In this document: positions 37,870 to 50,300 of the stretch, in pieces | Numbering within the stretch: the first letter of the stretch is position 1 | How the letters are laid out: the number at the start of each line of letters is the position of its first letter | NCBI GenBank assembly: GCA_024704765.1 | Contig: JAKMXF010000110.1 | Location: 434,001 to 498,000 of the forward strand | Direction: 5' to 3' | Origin: Oopsacas minuta | Lineage: Eukaryota; Animalia; Porifera | Length of the DNA stretch: 64,000 nucleotides | Translations under genes and position numbers: made by a program | Notes under the pieces: model-generated | Seen by the model: the letters and a program-made list of their open reading frames with translations, nothing else | Databases searched by the model: none | What the model was told of the DNA's origin: nothing

Positions 37870-38150
37870 AAGGCTGTGGCTACAGTGCCGACAACGGTAC
37901 TCTCTCCTATAGGAAGATGGAATAATGACATGGGTGATGTGCTACGTCCGTCCGTGCTGCTGTGTAAAATCTAGAAGTCGGATTAATATGAAAATAGGTA
38001 CAGATATACATTTTTGGTCGGAGATTTGCATCTGGGGTATGAATTTTTCAAAATGAAGCTTTGACACATTTTTGGAATTGGGTGTGAAAATATAATTAAT
38101 CATCAAAATATGTGAATTTTTTGGACCATACCATGCGAGCACTTAAGAAG
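37870..38150. mobile_element. Family E-related repeat between RAD21 and eIF3c
   Basis: cgtccgtccgtg microsatellite; gaaaataggtacagatatacattttt..ggtatgaattttt and gggtgtgaaaata resemble the 45700-45780 copy. Confidence 0.4.
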
Positions 38151-38223
38151 AAAATTTGGACACCGTTTCCTGCACTCTAGCCACTTCCATAAATTTAACA
38201 AACAAACACTGAATTTTATACAA

Positions 38224-40731
38224 ATGTCTGAAGTTAGATTTGATTATAACATTGAAATGGCAAACTTAATCTGGAGTAATAGCAGCGATGACAGCGATAA
38301 AGAGATTTATGAAAAACCAGAGAAACCGGGCATTAAAAAGTCCCGCCCAATGCTGGCCCTTGACAACGAAGAGACCCAAAAAGTGGTAGTTAGGAATGTT
38401 AAAGAGAAACGTACTAAAGAACTTGATGATACAATTAAACTAATCAATAACAGTGCTAGGATACGAGATGTCTCAAAAGTATGTGATTTATTTGCTAATC
38501 TCATTCAAGTATTTGAAAAGGGAAAATTCAATTTGAAAACCGATATGAGTATTGGGAAAAGTTACTTCAAGACTCTGTTGGATATAAAAACATTTATAAA
38601 CGAGCAGTGGGAGAGTAGATCAAGATTGAACAGGACAAATGCTAGAGCACTTAACACTCTGAAACAACGTTGGAATAAATACACTAAAGATTTTCAAGCT
38701 GAGTTAGAAGCGTATAAAGAGAATCCTAATAGAACTCCTGAGCCTGATATTGATGAATTGGAGGAAGCAAGGGAACCAACACCTGTTGACTCCCCTGTAA
38801 CCGTCCAAGAGGAACCACTTCCTCCTCCCGCTAGCGATAAGCCTGATGAGAAGGACGATAGTGAATGGAGCGATGAAACTGATTCTAGTGACGTTACGAC
38901 TTCATCAGATACTGACAGTGATATTGGCAGTGAGATTCGGCTAACAGCTAGACATTTCTTGAAGTCATACACTCAAGCTAAAAAGGCGAGTCAAATATCT
39001 AGGAAGAGAACTACAGAAGCGAAGGAGAAGAAACCAAAGGAGGAGTTAGACGATGATAAAAAGGGGCCTAAAGCAGGGGAGACCCTAGAAGAGCTAACTA
39101 TACAGAGGGTCCTAAACGAGGAGGATAAGATCTTGTCTTTACGTGGAAGAACTTCCGAACGTCCCACACAGCTAGTTGACGGATTGATAAAGCTCCAGGC
39201 TAAATCCAGAGAAGCTAAATTAGGAGATGCTCTCGCACTTCGTCTCTGTTTCAGAATTATATCAGCCATATTTGACCTCAAACCTGGTCCAATTAACACC
39301 ACAGGGCAATCCAGAAAATGGGAGCTCTCCCTTAAATACGTCCGTGAGATGTTAGATCAGTTACTTCAACATCCTGAGATCAAATTATACTCTACATACA
39401 CAGACAGTGAGATCGAAACAGTTGGAGAAGAAGTACTCGTTATTGGAGATCCTCTTATGTGGGTAGAACGGTTAAACGATCAGTTGTTTAATCTCCTACA
39501 GAATACAGATCACAATTCTATCCTATATATTGACAGACTACGTGATGACGTCACGCTATTTGTTATATTTAACCTGTTAGAAGATTTCCTTAAATCAATA
39601 TCTGCTACTCCCGATTCATTTGTACGTTTAGCTGTTATGCGATTAGAACATCATTACTATAAGCCGAGTGCTCTATTGAAGGCTACATACTATAAGGACG
39701 AGACATTAAATCCCGATGAAATTGTCCTTAAAATGGGTGAGTACGTGTTTGAGAATGATTCAAAGGAAATGTACGTTAAATCTGTTATATTTCTGGTGTA
39801 TTACTTGGCTATTAATGATGATTGGATACAAGTACAACACATAATGCTTACACATAGAGTACAAGATATTGTACAGCAGTACTCTAAACAGGTACAGATC
39901 CTGTATAACCGTGCTCTTGCTCAATTAGGCATCTGTGCATTCAGACATGGACATCTTGATATAGCACATGACACCTTATTAGACCTTATTTCTAACTCCA
40001 GACTTAAGGAACATCTCGCTCAAGGGTTCAACCCCCGATCGCTTGATTCAGAACAAGAACCTGTTGCCATGAAGTTCATACTCCCCTACCATCTACATAT
40101 TAGTGTAGAGCTTATTGAGTGTGTGTATATGTGTGCGGCTATGATCAAGGAAGTTCCTTATATGGCATCAAAAGAGTTAGAAACTAAGAAACGACTAATT
40201 TCACGTCTCTTCCATAATCAGCTGAAGAACCGTGAGAAACAGCTGATCGTGGGTCCACCTGATTCAAGTCGTGATTACGTCATTGCTGCCGCATACAAAA
40301 TGCGTGAAGGCAACTGGAAACAATGCTGTAATCTAGTGCTTAATGTTAGAGTATGGTCTTTATTCAAGCAAGAGAAACAGGTCAAGGAAATGCTGGAAAT
40401 ACGAATTAAGGAAACTACATTAGAGACATATCTATACGGATTTTCACAGGCTTATTCTTCCATTAGTTTATCCTCTCTAGCTGATAAGTTTGAGTTACCA
40501 GAATCTACTGTGTGCAAAATTGTATCTCAGCTGATCAGCTCTCATAAGTTACAAGCTTCACTTGACGAGCCTTCTCGTAGTATAATAATACACAGCACAC
40601 AAGCTAATAGACTACAGCAATTATCTATTAGGTTATCTGAAAAATTAGATTTGTTAACTTCCGCTAATCAAGATATGGCTAAGTTCAAGCAGATTAATAT
40701 TCCTCAAGAGTATCAGAGAGGGAGACATTAG
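38224..40731 (+). CDS. EIF3C: Eukaryotic translation initiation factor 3 subunit C, single exon, 835 aa
   Basis: LNRTNARALNTLKQR, acidic linker, QILYNRALAQLGICAFRHG, LPYHLHISVELIECVYMCAAMIKEVPYMA, GPPDSSRDYVIAA, and a PCI winged helix (YSSISLSSLADKFELPESTVCKIVSQLI..LQASLDEP). Confidence 0.93.
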   Translation: MSEVRFDYNIEMANLIWSNSSDDSDKEIYEKPEKPGIKKSRPMLALDNEETQKVVVRNVKEKRTKELDDTIKLINNSARIRDVSKVCDLFANLIQVFEKGKFNLKTDMSIGKSYFKTLLDIKTFINEQWESRSRLNRTNARALNTLKQRWNKYTKDFQAELEAYKENPNRTPEPDIDELEEAREPTPVDSPVTVQEEPLPPPASDKPDEKDDSEWSDETDSSDVTTSSDTDSDIGSEIRLTARHFLKSYTQAKKASQISRKRTTEAKEKKPKEELDDDKKGPKAGETLEELTIQRVLNEEDKILSLRGRTSERPTQLVDGLIKLQAKSREAKLGDALALRLCFRIISAIFDLKPGPINTTGQSRKWELSLKYVREMLDQLLQHPEIKLYSTYTDSEIETVGEEVLVIGDPLMWVERLNDQLFNLLQNTDHNSILYIDRLRDDVTLFVIFNLLEDFLKSISATPDSFVRLAVMRLEHHYYKPSALLKATYYKDETLNPDEIVLKMGEYVFENDSKEMYVKSVIFLVYYLAINDDWIQVQHIMLTHRVQDIVQQYSKQVQILYNRALAQLGICAFRHGHLDIAHDTLLDLISNSRLKEHLAQGFNPRSLDSEQEPVAMKFILPYHLHISVELIECVYMCAAMIKEVPYMASKELETKKRLISRLFHNQLKNREKQLIVGPPDSSRDYVIAAAYKMREGNWKQCCNLVLNVRVWSLFKQEKQVKEMLEIRIKETTLETYLYGFSQAYSSISLSSLADKFELPESTVCKIVSQLISSHKLQASLDEPSRSIIIHSTQANRLQQLSIRLSEKLDLLTSANQDMAKFKQINIPQEYQRGRH

Positions 40732-40899
40732 TAGATATGTATAGGTTCATTGTAGGAGAATAGATACAGGATTTATATTGTTAATTACTATAGGAGTATT
40801 ATTGAGGGTACATTCCGATTCTATTTTATCTCATAGAATAGGACAGCGGACTCATTCATTTTCTTTAGAATTTCCCCACAGTACTCATAGCTATTCAGT

Positions 40900-43534
40900 A
40901 TGGAAGATCCTATGGAGAAATATGATGGTATTCTAATGACAATAGCACAGCAACACGGACAGGGAGGGATAGAAGCTCTCTTGGATACATTCTTTGGATT
41001 TCTTAGAAGAAAAACTGATTTCTTTCAAGGAGCCCAGAATTTACCTACAGTATGTACAACCGTCCGATCACGATTATTTGGTTAAAATACAATCGTTTCA
41101 TTTCAAAATTGTTACAGTCAAGTCAACTCCAGTTACATCGAACACGGATATATCGAAATGCCCGCTTATATCAATCACGCTCCCTAGAGCTTCTATATCA
41201 GAAAGTTGATTATATGTTTTTTCTAGGTAGAACAAATAATAACTAAAAGTCTACGCAAAGAATTCAAAATATTCAAAGACGAGAAAGATCGAGAAAATCA
41301 AGAAAAGTTTAAAAAAGAAGAAAAACTTAGAAAAGCTAAAGAAGAGAAAGATAAATTGGAACAGAAGAGTAAGGTAAGGGAAGTTACAGATGAAGAAGCT
41401 AAGAGGTATTATTTGGATGATTTATTTGGCTAGAAGGAATGTTAATTTTATTGGTTTGCCAATTAGAATTGAGAGTGGTGAGACTGTAACTCCTCCTCCC
41501 GTAAAAGCTAAGGATAACCCTGAAACAGAGACTGATAGCAAATCAGGTAACTCATATAATTTTTCGAAAATACTGGGAAATTATTTAAAGGAGTTTGTAC
41601 ATATGTAGACGGAGAAGTAGAGAAAGATGAAGATGATGATCCTAACAAACTTAAGCCTAATGCTGGTAACGGAGCTGATTATGATACCCACAGCTGGACA
41701 CAGACACTAGTTGTAAGTACAATTTATATTACTTTTAAAATAATATTATAATCTATGTGAAATGATTTCCCCCCTAGGATATAGAGATTAAAGTACATCT
41801 TGTTGGTAAAGTTCGGTCCAGTGATGTAACTGTAAAGTTCGGTGTGGAATCTCTATTTATACAAATCAGAGGACAACCTCCTGTGATTAACGGTGATCTA
41901 CAGAAGAGAGTAAGTTCATTATACCATATATGGTAATATAGTACAATTAATATCTGTATATACAGATTATGCCAGATGACTGTGGTTGGCTTATAGACGA
42001 TAATATGTTAGTGCTTCAAATGGAAAAGAAAAATAAGAGTGAATGGTGGTCTAAACTAGTAACAACTGATCAGGAAATTAATACTAAGAAAGTTACTCCT
42101 GAGAACTCTAGATTATCTGACCTAGATGGAGAGACTAGAGGTAAGTTATATGTCAATCTCTTGACTAGGGGGGTATTCTAGGAATCGATTTTGCCAGCTC
42201 ATATGGAGTTGGCAATTAACTACAGTCTACTCGTGATATATCGAAGCTCAAGAAACCGCGATAATTTCTTCGATATGACGGGAGTTGTCCTTAATTGATA
42301 GACAATCTAAGCTCTAAATTTATTTAATTACAAATGATTGCAAAAAGAAATTTGAATTCTGAGAAATAACAAATATAAATTCTAATTCAGAAACAGAAAT
42401 ACCGAATGGATATACTAATTCTCCTCTCCCATGACCTTCTCTACCTATGACCTGAATAATCTCCCCTGACGGAGATAGTATCTTAATATCATGACGACAA
42501 TAATCACTAATGATAATATTATCAGATAGATCCAAGTAGAAAAAGAATGGATTACAAACCATACCGTCTCCCCCATTAGAAACACACGATTTCAACAGTT
42601 GTCCACTTCTAGAGTAGAAGTGGACACAATTTGGACTGTTGTCTAGCACTACGATACTATTTCTAGTGATGTTTACGTCATAAACGGAGAACAGCTGTTG
42701 AGTACCGAAATGATTTATGAATTTAAGTTCTTCAGAGAAAACCCCTACTCTATTATTCTCGCAATCAGCTACATACACATCTCCGTTATAGTCAATACAG
42801 AGTCCATACGGATTATCTAGCTCTCCCTTTCCTTTACCAAACATGCCAGTCTTTGCTACTTTGTAATCGCTGAACTTGTTTAAAGTGTGGTGGAATGCGT
42901 CCGTAACGACGACGTGATCTTCTATCACTTCAATACCCCATGGCCATACGAGTATGTCTTCTCCAAATCTTGTTACAAAATTTCCTTCAAATGTAACAAT
43001 GTATATGCAATTGTTACCTGTATCTGCTATGTAGATCAGCTGATTACGTTCATATAAAGCTAGACCTCTTGCAGTGACTAGTTCCTTCCCTACTGCAATA
43101 ATAGGTTGATTATTGTAAGAATAGCCCAGACTAGCTTCTACATTCACTGTTACATTTATTGCCATTGTTCGAGTTTAACTCAGTTTAAAATACTATTTTA
43201 TTAAAACAAACTCTTTTATACTTGCGAATACCTATTTACGTCGATCGTTGCTATGAGACTACTGAATCTTCCTGGCTGTGATTACCAATTGACTATCCCT
43301 ACCCCTATACATTTACCAGCGTTACGTAACGTTTAATGGACATTATTTGTTCTCATAAAGCCGCTACAGTATTTAATTAATGTACCTCTAGGTGTTGTAG
43401 AGAAGATGATGTATGACCAGCACAGACGTGAACAAGGTCTCCCTACGTCAGAGGAACAACAGAAACAAGATATTCTTAAGAAAATCATGGAGAAGAATCC
43501 TGGAATGGATTTCTCAGGGGCAAAGTTTACCTAA
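40900..43534 (+). CDS. NUDC: Nuclear migration protein NudC, about 7 exons
   Basis: [37 protein letters not shown]; [18 protein letters not shown]; CS domain [29 protein letters not shown]|G. Last exon 43392-43534 reads [37 protein letters not shown]. Confidence 0.93.
41113..41213. mobile_element. MITE family A, short, in NUDC intron 1
   Basis: tacagtca.gtcaactccagttacatcgaacacggatatatcgaaat..ccctagagcttctatatcagaaagttgat. Confidence 0.65.
42221..42290. mobile_element. MITE family A, minimal copy, in the last NUDC intron just past the NHL gene stop
   Basis: tacagtctactcgtgatatatcgaagctcaagaaaccgcgataatttcttcgatatgacgggagttg. Confidence 0.7.
42320..43165 (-). CDS. Intronless NHL-repeat (six-bladed beta-propeller) protein, nested antisense in NUDC intron 42141-43391
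   Basis: 281-aa ORF with NHL repeats: [103 protein letters not shown]. Confidence 0.88.
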   Translation of the reverse strand: MAINVTVNVEASLGYSYNNQPIIAVGKELVTARGLALYERNQLIYIADTGNNCIYIVTFEGNFVTRFGEDILVWPWGIEVIEDHVVVTDAFHHTLNKFSDYKVAKTGMFGKGKGELDNPYGLCIDYNGDVYVADCENNRVGVFSEELKFINHFGTQQLFSVYDVNITRNSIVVLDNSPNCVHFYSRSGQLLKSCVSNGGDGMVCNPFFFYLDLSDNIIISDYCRHDIKILSPSGEIIQVIGREGHGRGELVYPFGISVSELEFIFVISQNSNFFLQSFVIK

Positions 43535-44355
43535 TATTTGTGTTTGTAATGAACTTAGATTTCTTAGAGTTTATAGCTTTTTAGATGATAATTTTAATTT
43601 TGAATAGATTTTGTGTGTTTTGCGAATCTTATGAATGGTTGGAACATCACTAAATTTTACCTATTTCGTCAGTGGCCCCCTCCCATATACTGTAATCTGG
43701 GGCGTAGGCAGCACTAGAAGTAAGGTATCACCACGGCTTTTCAACTGGCGTCACCGTTATAGATTCCTAAACTTAATTTGCCAAATTCTTCACCTTTTAA
43801 ATTCAGCATTTTGTCCCAATTTTCATGAATTTACCAATCCTTTTACTACGTATAGAATGTCACCCACCTACAACTATGCATGTATTGTAAGATGATCTTG
43901 CATCAATCTTGCTTATTTGCAGATTGCCTACAAATCGAACACAATTAAAATATCTTGAATTTTATAAGACCTATCCCAGTGACTCTTTGAAGTACTTTTA
44001 GTATAATTGTATCATCAATTCACAACCATAACTTCTGGTTAATAATGATCAAAGATAGTATACAATTCAATAAAGCACAAATGCTCACATAGTGATTACC
44101 GATATCACTCCCAAATCAATTCTGTTTAAGTTGACTGCTAAACCCCTGTCATACCATAACAACCACAGTATAACCATGGAATTTGGTTCTTCCCCTCCCA
44201 ATACAATGCCTTCTGTCTTAAATCCTCAACTGGAATATAGAATTACTTCCAGGTGCTGATGTGGATATGTAGGCTTCCTGAAAAAATGTCCACGAATTGA
44301 TCGGCTCTCTATAAAGCTAAGAATCTGTCCATTTATATATACTTTGTAAAGTCTA

Positions 44356-47300
44356 ATGAAAAAACGATATTCTTTCGGCATGTGTACGTCTGAATCTTTT
44401 GTCATTATTAAAACGGAAAATTCCGATAGAGAAATTTCAAATTCCAGTCCAGAGAATAATTTTCAGAGTGAGCCTAATAATGAGAATTATTTGGATATCA
44501 GTTCGGAGGAGACTGATAAATGGAAGAATACTCTCAGCGGGAAAAAGAGAAGTTCTTTGTTTGCTGATGTTAAAACACTGGAACAAGATGGATGTTGTTC
44601 TGTAGCTTATGAGTATCTGTGTAGAATGGAAGAATTCAGAAGGTAAATTGACTTAGTAATCATGATTGCAGTATTCTTGAACATAGATGTATCGACATAC
44701 CGGCTGATATCTAAGTTTTAAGTTTTACAAATATGGTCCCAAACCCCCAAAGTAGACTAAATTTCATTAGTTATATCGAAGTTCGATGGACCGCGATAAT
44801 TACTTCGATATATCCGTGTTTAATGTAATGAGAGTTGACTTAAATATATCCTTTGTTTCCGATAGATACTTAAGTTTTATGCTGAATACAGATCTCGACA
44901 CACTACCTGCTAATCTAGCCTTTGAGCATCAGCTATCTAATGGAGTATGGTTATGTCAGCTGTTAGAGGAAGTACTACCTGCTAAAGATATTGCTAGCAA
45001 GATATTTGATGTAGATCATGATACTTACAAGGTAATTACCAATATATAGCCTGAATTACATTTCTAGCGTTATATAAAACAGCGGTTCCCAACCTGTGGT
45101 CCACGGACGACAGTTGGATCTCAAAATGTGTATTGCAGTCTATAATAGGCATCCACGGATGAAAAAGGTTTGGTACCGCTGCACTGTCTGTAATAAACAA
45201 ACTATAATGTACCAACGAACAACACACAAACAATTAACAACTATTACCTCTCCAGGAAGAAGGACTCGTATACAGACATCAACAGAACATCTGTCTGTTC
45301 TTAGACAATATACAGGAGCTATCATTCCCTGATGTACTAATGCCTACAACACAGGAAGTATTTGTAGATGAGAATAGAATTAAACTGATATACACAGCTT
45401 GTGCATTAGCTTATTTCCTAAGAGAGATAGAGCTTACTAATCATAAGATTGATAATCTGGAGAAATATCTTAAATTTGATGGTAAATTGGTATATAACAA
45501 TAATCTGAAAATGTTGTAGTGTAGCTCAGTTCCTGCAAGTATATAACAAAACATGTCAAAATATGGTTAAATATGATAAATATCCATGCTTAATATTGGC
45601 AGATGCCAAAATCGAATTCTACGCACACGATTACCCCTGACTAACAGTTGGAATGAAATATTTAGTATTATTTGATTTATGGCCAAAAGGTGTGAAAATA
45701 TTCGTAGTAGATGAATTTTATACCTTGGGTGCACGCCTACATCCTAAAATATACTTATGTGCCAATTTTCATGTTTGGTGATCTCCCTATAGGAACCTCA
45801 GATCTTTATATGTATGTCTTCCTTTAGAACCTGTATTAGTCGAGATTATGACTATGCTAGAGTCTAAAGCACTTGATCTACCATCATTTGAGTGCTTACA
45901 GTCGTTAGTAGATGATGAATTAATATATCAAAGATTGAAGTTTGATAACACACCGCTTCCTTCTCCTTCTCTATCCACATCAGAGAAGAGTTATATGACA
46001 ATGAAACCGTCCAAGCATGATAATTCCTCTGGGGACTCTGGGCCAGAAGGTCATTATTCTAATAAGGCGATGGACAAGGGGAGGGGGTCTAAAGGATATA
46101 CGGGTACTTTCGGACCTGATGGAGAACCGATTTATGAAGATGCTGACAAATATATCAGTGAGTTTTCAGTCTAACATTTTAGAAATACAATCAACTCTTG
46201 TTCTATCGAAGCTCAAGGGACCGTAAAAATATTCTTCGATATAACCGAAGAAATATATGTTGCGTTGATGGCTTGGAACCATATTTGTACAATTTCAGAC
46301 TTGGACATAAGCAAGTAGCGGGTATTTTGATATATCTATGTTCGATATAATGGGAGTTAACTGTGATTACAAATTGTCAATCAATATGTGAACTCCATAA
46401 TAACATAATTTAGTATATACTAGTGCCATATTTATTTTAATTAATATTTAATTAGTAGCTGTTTCAATTGTATTATAAGTAGTATGACTAGCAAATACAG
46501 ATATTAGGCAGATTATGTTTGGAATATATTCGTATTGTTATGATTGGTGTTGGTGATGATTTTTGTACACAGGACAAAGGAGAGCTCCGCCTTGCTATAT
46601 ATATATATTCTATCCACCTTTTTATACTTTGGAAATCTTTGCTATTTCATTGTTCAATATTTGTGCTACTTATAGAATCAGAAGTTCAGGTCTCGGGAGA
46701 TTTCCTAGACTCATTTGACAGTCCCCCTGATCCTCTAATATCTTCTACATTTGTATCTCCAGACAAAGATAACAATCCTAGGCGTAGGAAACTATCTAAA
46801 TCAAGAGTGCATGCAGTACCTGCTTGGGGGTCTTCTCAACTGACAATGTTCCCTTCTCGATTAGAATTTAATCTCTTTACCTGCAGAGATAATTCTATTA
46901 GAGTTTGTATGTACACTAAACCTAAGATTGATATGATTATACCAACTTCTCCTAGTAAGGGAATGCCGCTCAACCTTAAGCCACTACTTGAAAAGGTAGT
47001 TACATTATCTGTTAGTATCAGTCAACTCCTATTATATCGAAGCTCAAGGGACCGCGATACTCAATCGATATATGCGGGCATTCAATTTATTCGTGTTTGA
47101 TATAACGGGATTTTACTGTACATATTTTGGATGCTTTTTGATCAGTCATATGTCTGTTATATCTTCTATTATTTCTAGTTAAAGCAATCTGTGTTGTCTG
47201 GTAATATAGAAGGAATGATGGATGTTTTGAAATGCAAACATTTCCAATTTTCATCTGTTAAAGATTGTAATTCAAGCTTATACTTACAAGCTTTAAAATT

Positions 47301-50300
47301 AGAGTTAGAGGATAGTTTGAATAAATGTGCACTAGCTGTATATTATGGAATGAAGAAGGCACAATCTGAGAAATATCTAGCTCAGAGTGAGCAAGGAAGT
47401 TTCTTGTTAAGAGTAGGAAAGAAATCTCCTCCTAGTCTAACGTTTAGTTTCAGAAACAAGAGAGGGATTAAACATTTCAAGGTATGTCAGTATCTGTATA
47501 TTAACCTATCTATTACTGTGTAATACTAATCTAATCTCTTCATAGAAACATATAACCATTAGGCGTAGACCCCTCCCATAGCCTGCAATTTAAATTCTGA
47601 GATCCTCTGGTTTAATTTATCCGTGGTTAAACAGTTATAACGGTGCTTTCACTAATTCATCAGTTTCCTTATCGAAACTCTGATAATTGTCTCTTATTAC
47701 TTTGAGCAAAGTCATTCATGAACTACACTACGGTAATTGAATTAACACCAAACCGATAGACATTAGTTGTCTATGTTTTGTTACTGATTTAGAAATTAAT
47801 TTTGCTTTATAATACAGAACTAATATTAATTACAAATAAATATAATATTATTATAACTTCTTATAAATAGAGAGGAAATAGAAAATAATAGAAAACATTA
47901 TTTCATAAATATTAGTAATGAATTATTAATCACACACTACGCTACATAACCTGTGCTTCTACCTGTTGCTGTCGTTTAATTTCCCTCTCTGCACTAATCC
48001 GATTATATTTAGGTTTAAACCCAAACACATACACTATCAGCACTGCTATAGATAATGCATTAGTGAAATAGAGAAAGTATGTGTAATCTAGTCCCTGTAT
48101 ACTCGAGTTGACAGTTGTATTTACTGATACTCCACATTGACTGATGTGTATGTACTTTGAATCAGGTTGCTTTCCAAAGTACGGAGCAGAGAATGTTAGA
48201 ACTGATCCGAACAACTCACCGCATGTGTACAATATTCCACTACATGTAGCTACTGCTATCGGGTAGGTAACTTCAACAGCTAACTCCATGAAGACGGGTA
48301 TTTGTATTATTGCGAATATTGCATAAGAAATTTCGGCGAATGCGACTAAATATGGTTGATTTGGTATCCTGAATACTTCCAATATTAGGATAGAGCATAG
48401 TATTGATATACCCATTGTGAATTTTGACACTTCTTCAAACCACTTTGTTCTGTCTACAAAATACCCAACAAATATTCCAATTATCATACCGGATAAAATT
48501 CCTATACTCCCGATAATTCCGGCATATAACTGACTGTATCCATATGGACATATGAACTGAGGGTAGAGTACTAGAAAAGAATTACCCATACCTCCCTGTA
48601 ACATCCATACCACACATAGAAATAAGAATCGCCAGTTTCTCAGTAATTTCTTAACTCCAGGTAAAGTTTTCATCCCCTCCTCGGCTGAAGGGGAGGGTGG
48701 GACAGTTGGTTTCTTCTTCCACACACCAAATACAGTCATAGCCATGGCGACGAATGATAGAACAGTCGTAGCTATAAGTAATATTGGCAAGTTGCCTGTA
48801 GATTGTACAATAGCTGTGCTAACAAGCATTGAAGCTCCGTTACCCAAGACACCGCTTAGAGTAGCTATACTGTTAGCTAAGACTCTCTCATTTTCCGCGA
48901 ACCAGACAGACGCTAACTTAGCAGGGGAAATAAGGGCATATGACTGTGCTAACGCTATCGTAAATTGTCCTATAATAGCTGTTACGTAGCCTAAATACGG
49001 TATATTCATGGGAAGATAAGCTGATAACAGTCTGATCGATGTACCGAGAAAATTTAGAATAGTACCGAGCCATAGAGCTTCTCTTAAACTGAATGTATCC
49101 ATTACGTACATACCTAGTGGAGCACCAACAACACCTCCAATAAAGTATATACTTGAAATATAGTTAATCTCAATCTCAGTGACTTGATAATATTCACTAG
49201 CATATCTATATACTGATGCGAATGTTAGTAGGTTAATCCCGTGACTGAATGCGAATAATGCTAGAGACGTGAGTATGTACCATCTCCATGGATGTGGTTT
49301 GTAGATCGGCTGTAAGAGGGGGATAGAATCGTTTATATTCCCTGACATTAGGAATATAATTGTTTAGTATTACAAACACTTATCTATATGTATTATTTCA
49401 TGGATATTAGATATGTACTTCAATAAGAACGCAGGCTTTATGTATGATCCAGGAACTATTTGAACCTTACTTATATTGCCTAAACGACACCTCGTTATTT
49501 TGAGAGATACCCAGAAATATTCCCAAAAGTATTATGGCAATCTATATTTGTATTAACAGTTATTCTGAATTAATTATAGAATGTATTAACTAACATTTCC
49601 ATATCTTGATTAGACCAGTCAGTTTAGATATAATTATGGCTTTAATTGCTTCTATTTTTGTAAATATTATTTAATGCTGTCTAGTCTGTTTGTCTCTATT
49701 AATGATACAACAACAACAACAACAACAACAAAAATATAATTATGTATTTATGCACACATAAGTTTTAATAATATTTTAAATTCTCTTTTTAGATCCAAAT
49801 TAAATCCAACAAATTGTCTTTGAAGAAACGTGACGTATTGAGACATGAGTATAATTTTGTTGAAGATTTAATTCGTGAATTAGTTGACTTCCTACAAGAC
49901 GCACATAAGCAGACTCTATCTAACTGTGTTACTCCTGATCTAGCTATAAATCCTAATCTCAAGGAGTGTACCTTCTTTACTGTAAGTTGTGACAATTCTC
50001 GTTAAATGAAAGCTAAAGGGACCGCCGTAATTATATAACTGATGAAGCATATGTTACTTTGACGGTTTCGTTCATATTTATAATTTCATAATTCGATAAA
50101 AAACTGTACTTTTATGGTCTGTTTGGCCCAATTGCGAAGTACAGCATTTAAGGTATCATATTTGCAATTGATCAACTTTCTACGTACTTTTCTACATATT
50201 TGTTTATTATCCATAGTCATATTATATAGTCACTGTGTTTTGATAAAGTCCAATACTGTATTAATGCAGTTCACACACAAAAGGAACTAAGTTCCAAACT

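Noticed and set aside
38307-39302. Several minus-strand ORFs of 65-103 aa
   Set aside because: Antisense shadows of the eIF3c coding sequence with no recognisable motifs.
46519-46675. Apparent N-terminal extension of the 193-aa ORF with a hydrophobic stretch
   Set aside because: Intronic read-through upstream of the cttatag acceptor at 46675. The exon phase fits without it.
49705-49732. Short (CAA)n and (GTTT)n runs (also about 20037 and 25670)
   Set aside because: Ordinary short intronic microsatellites.
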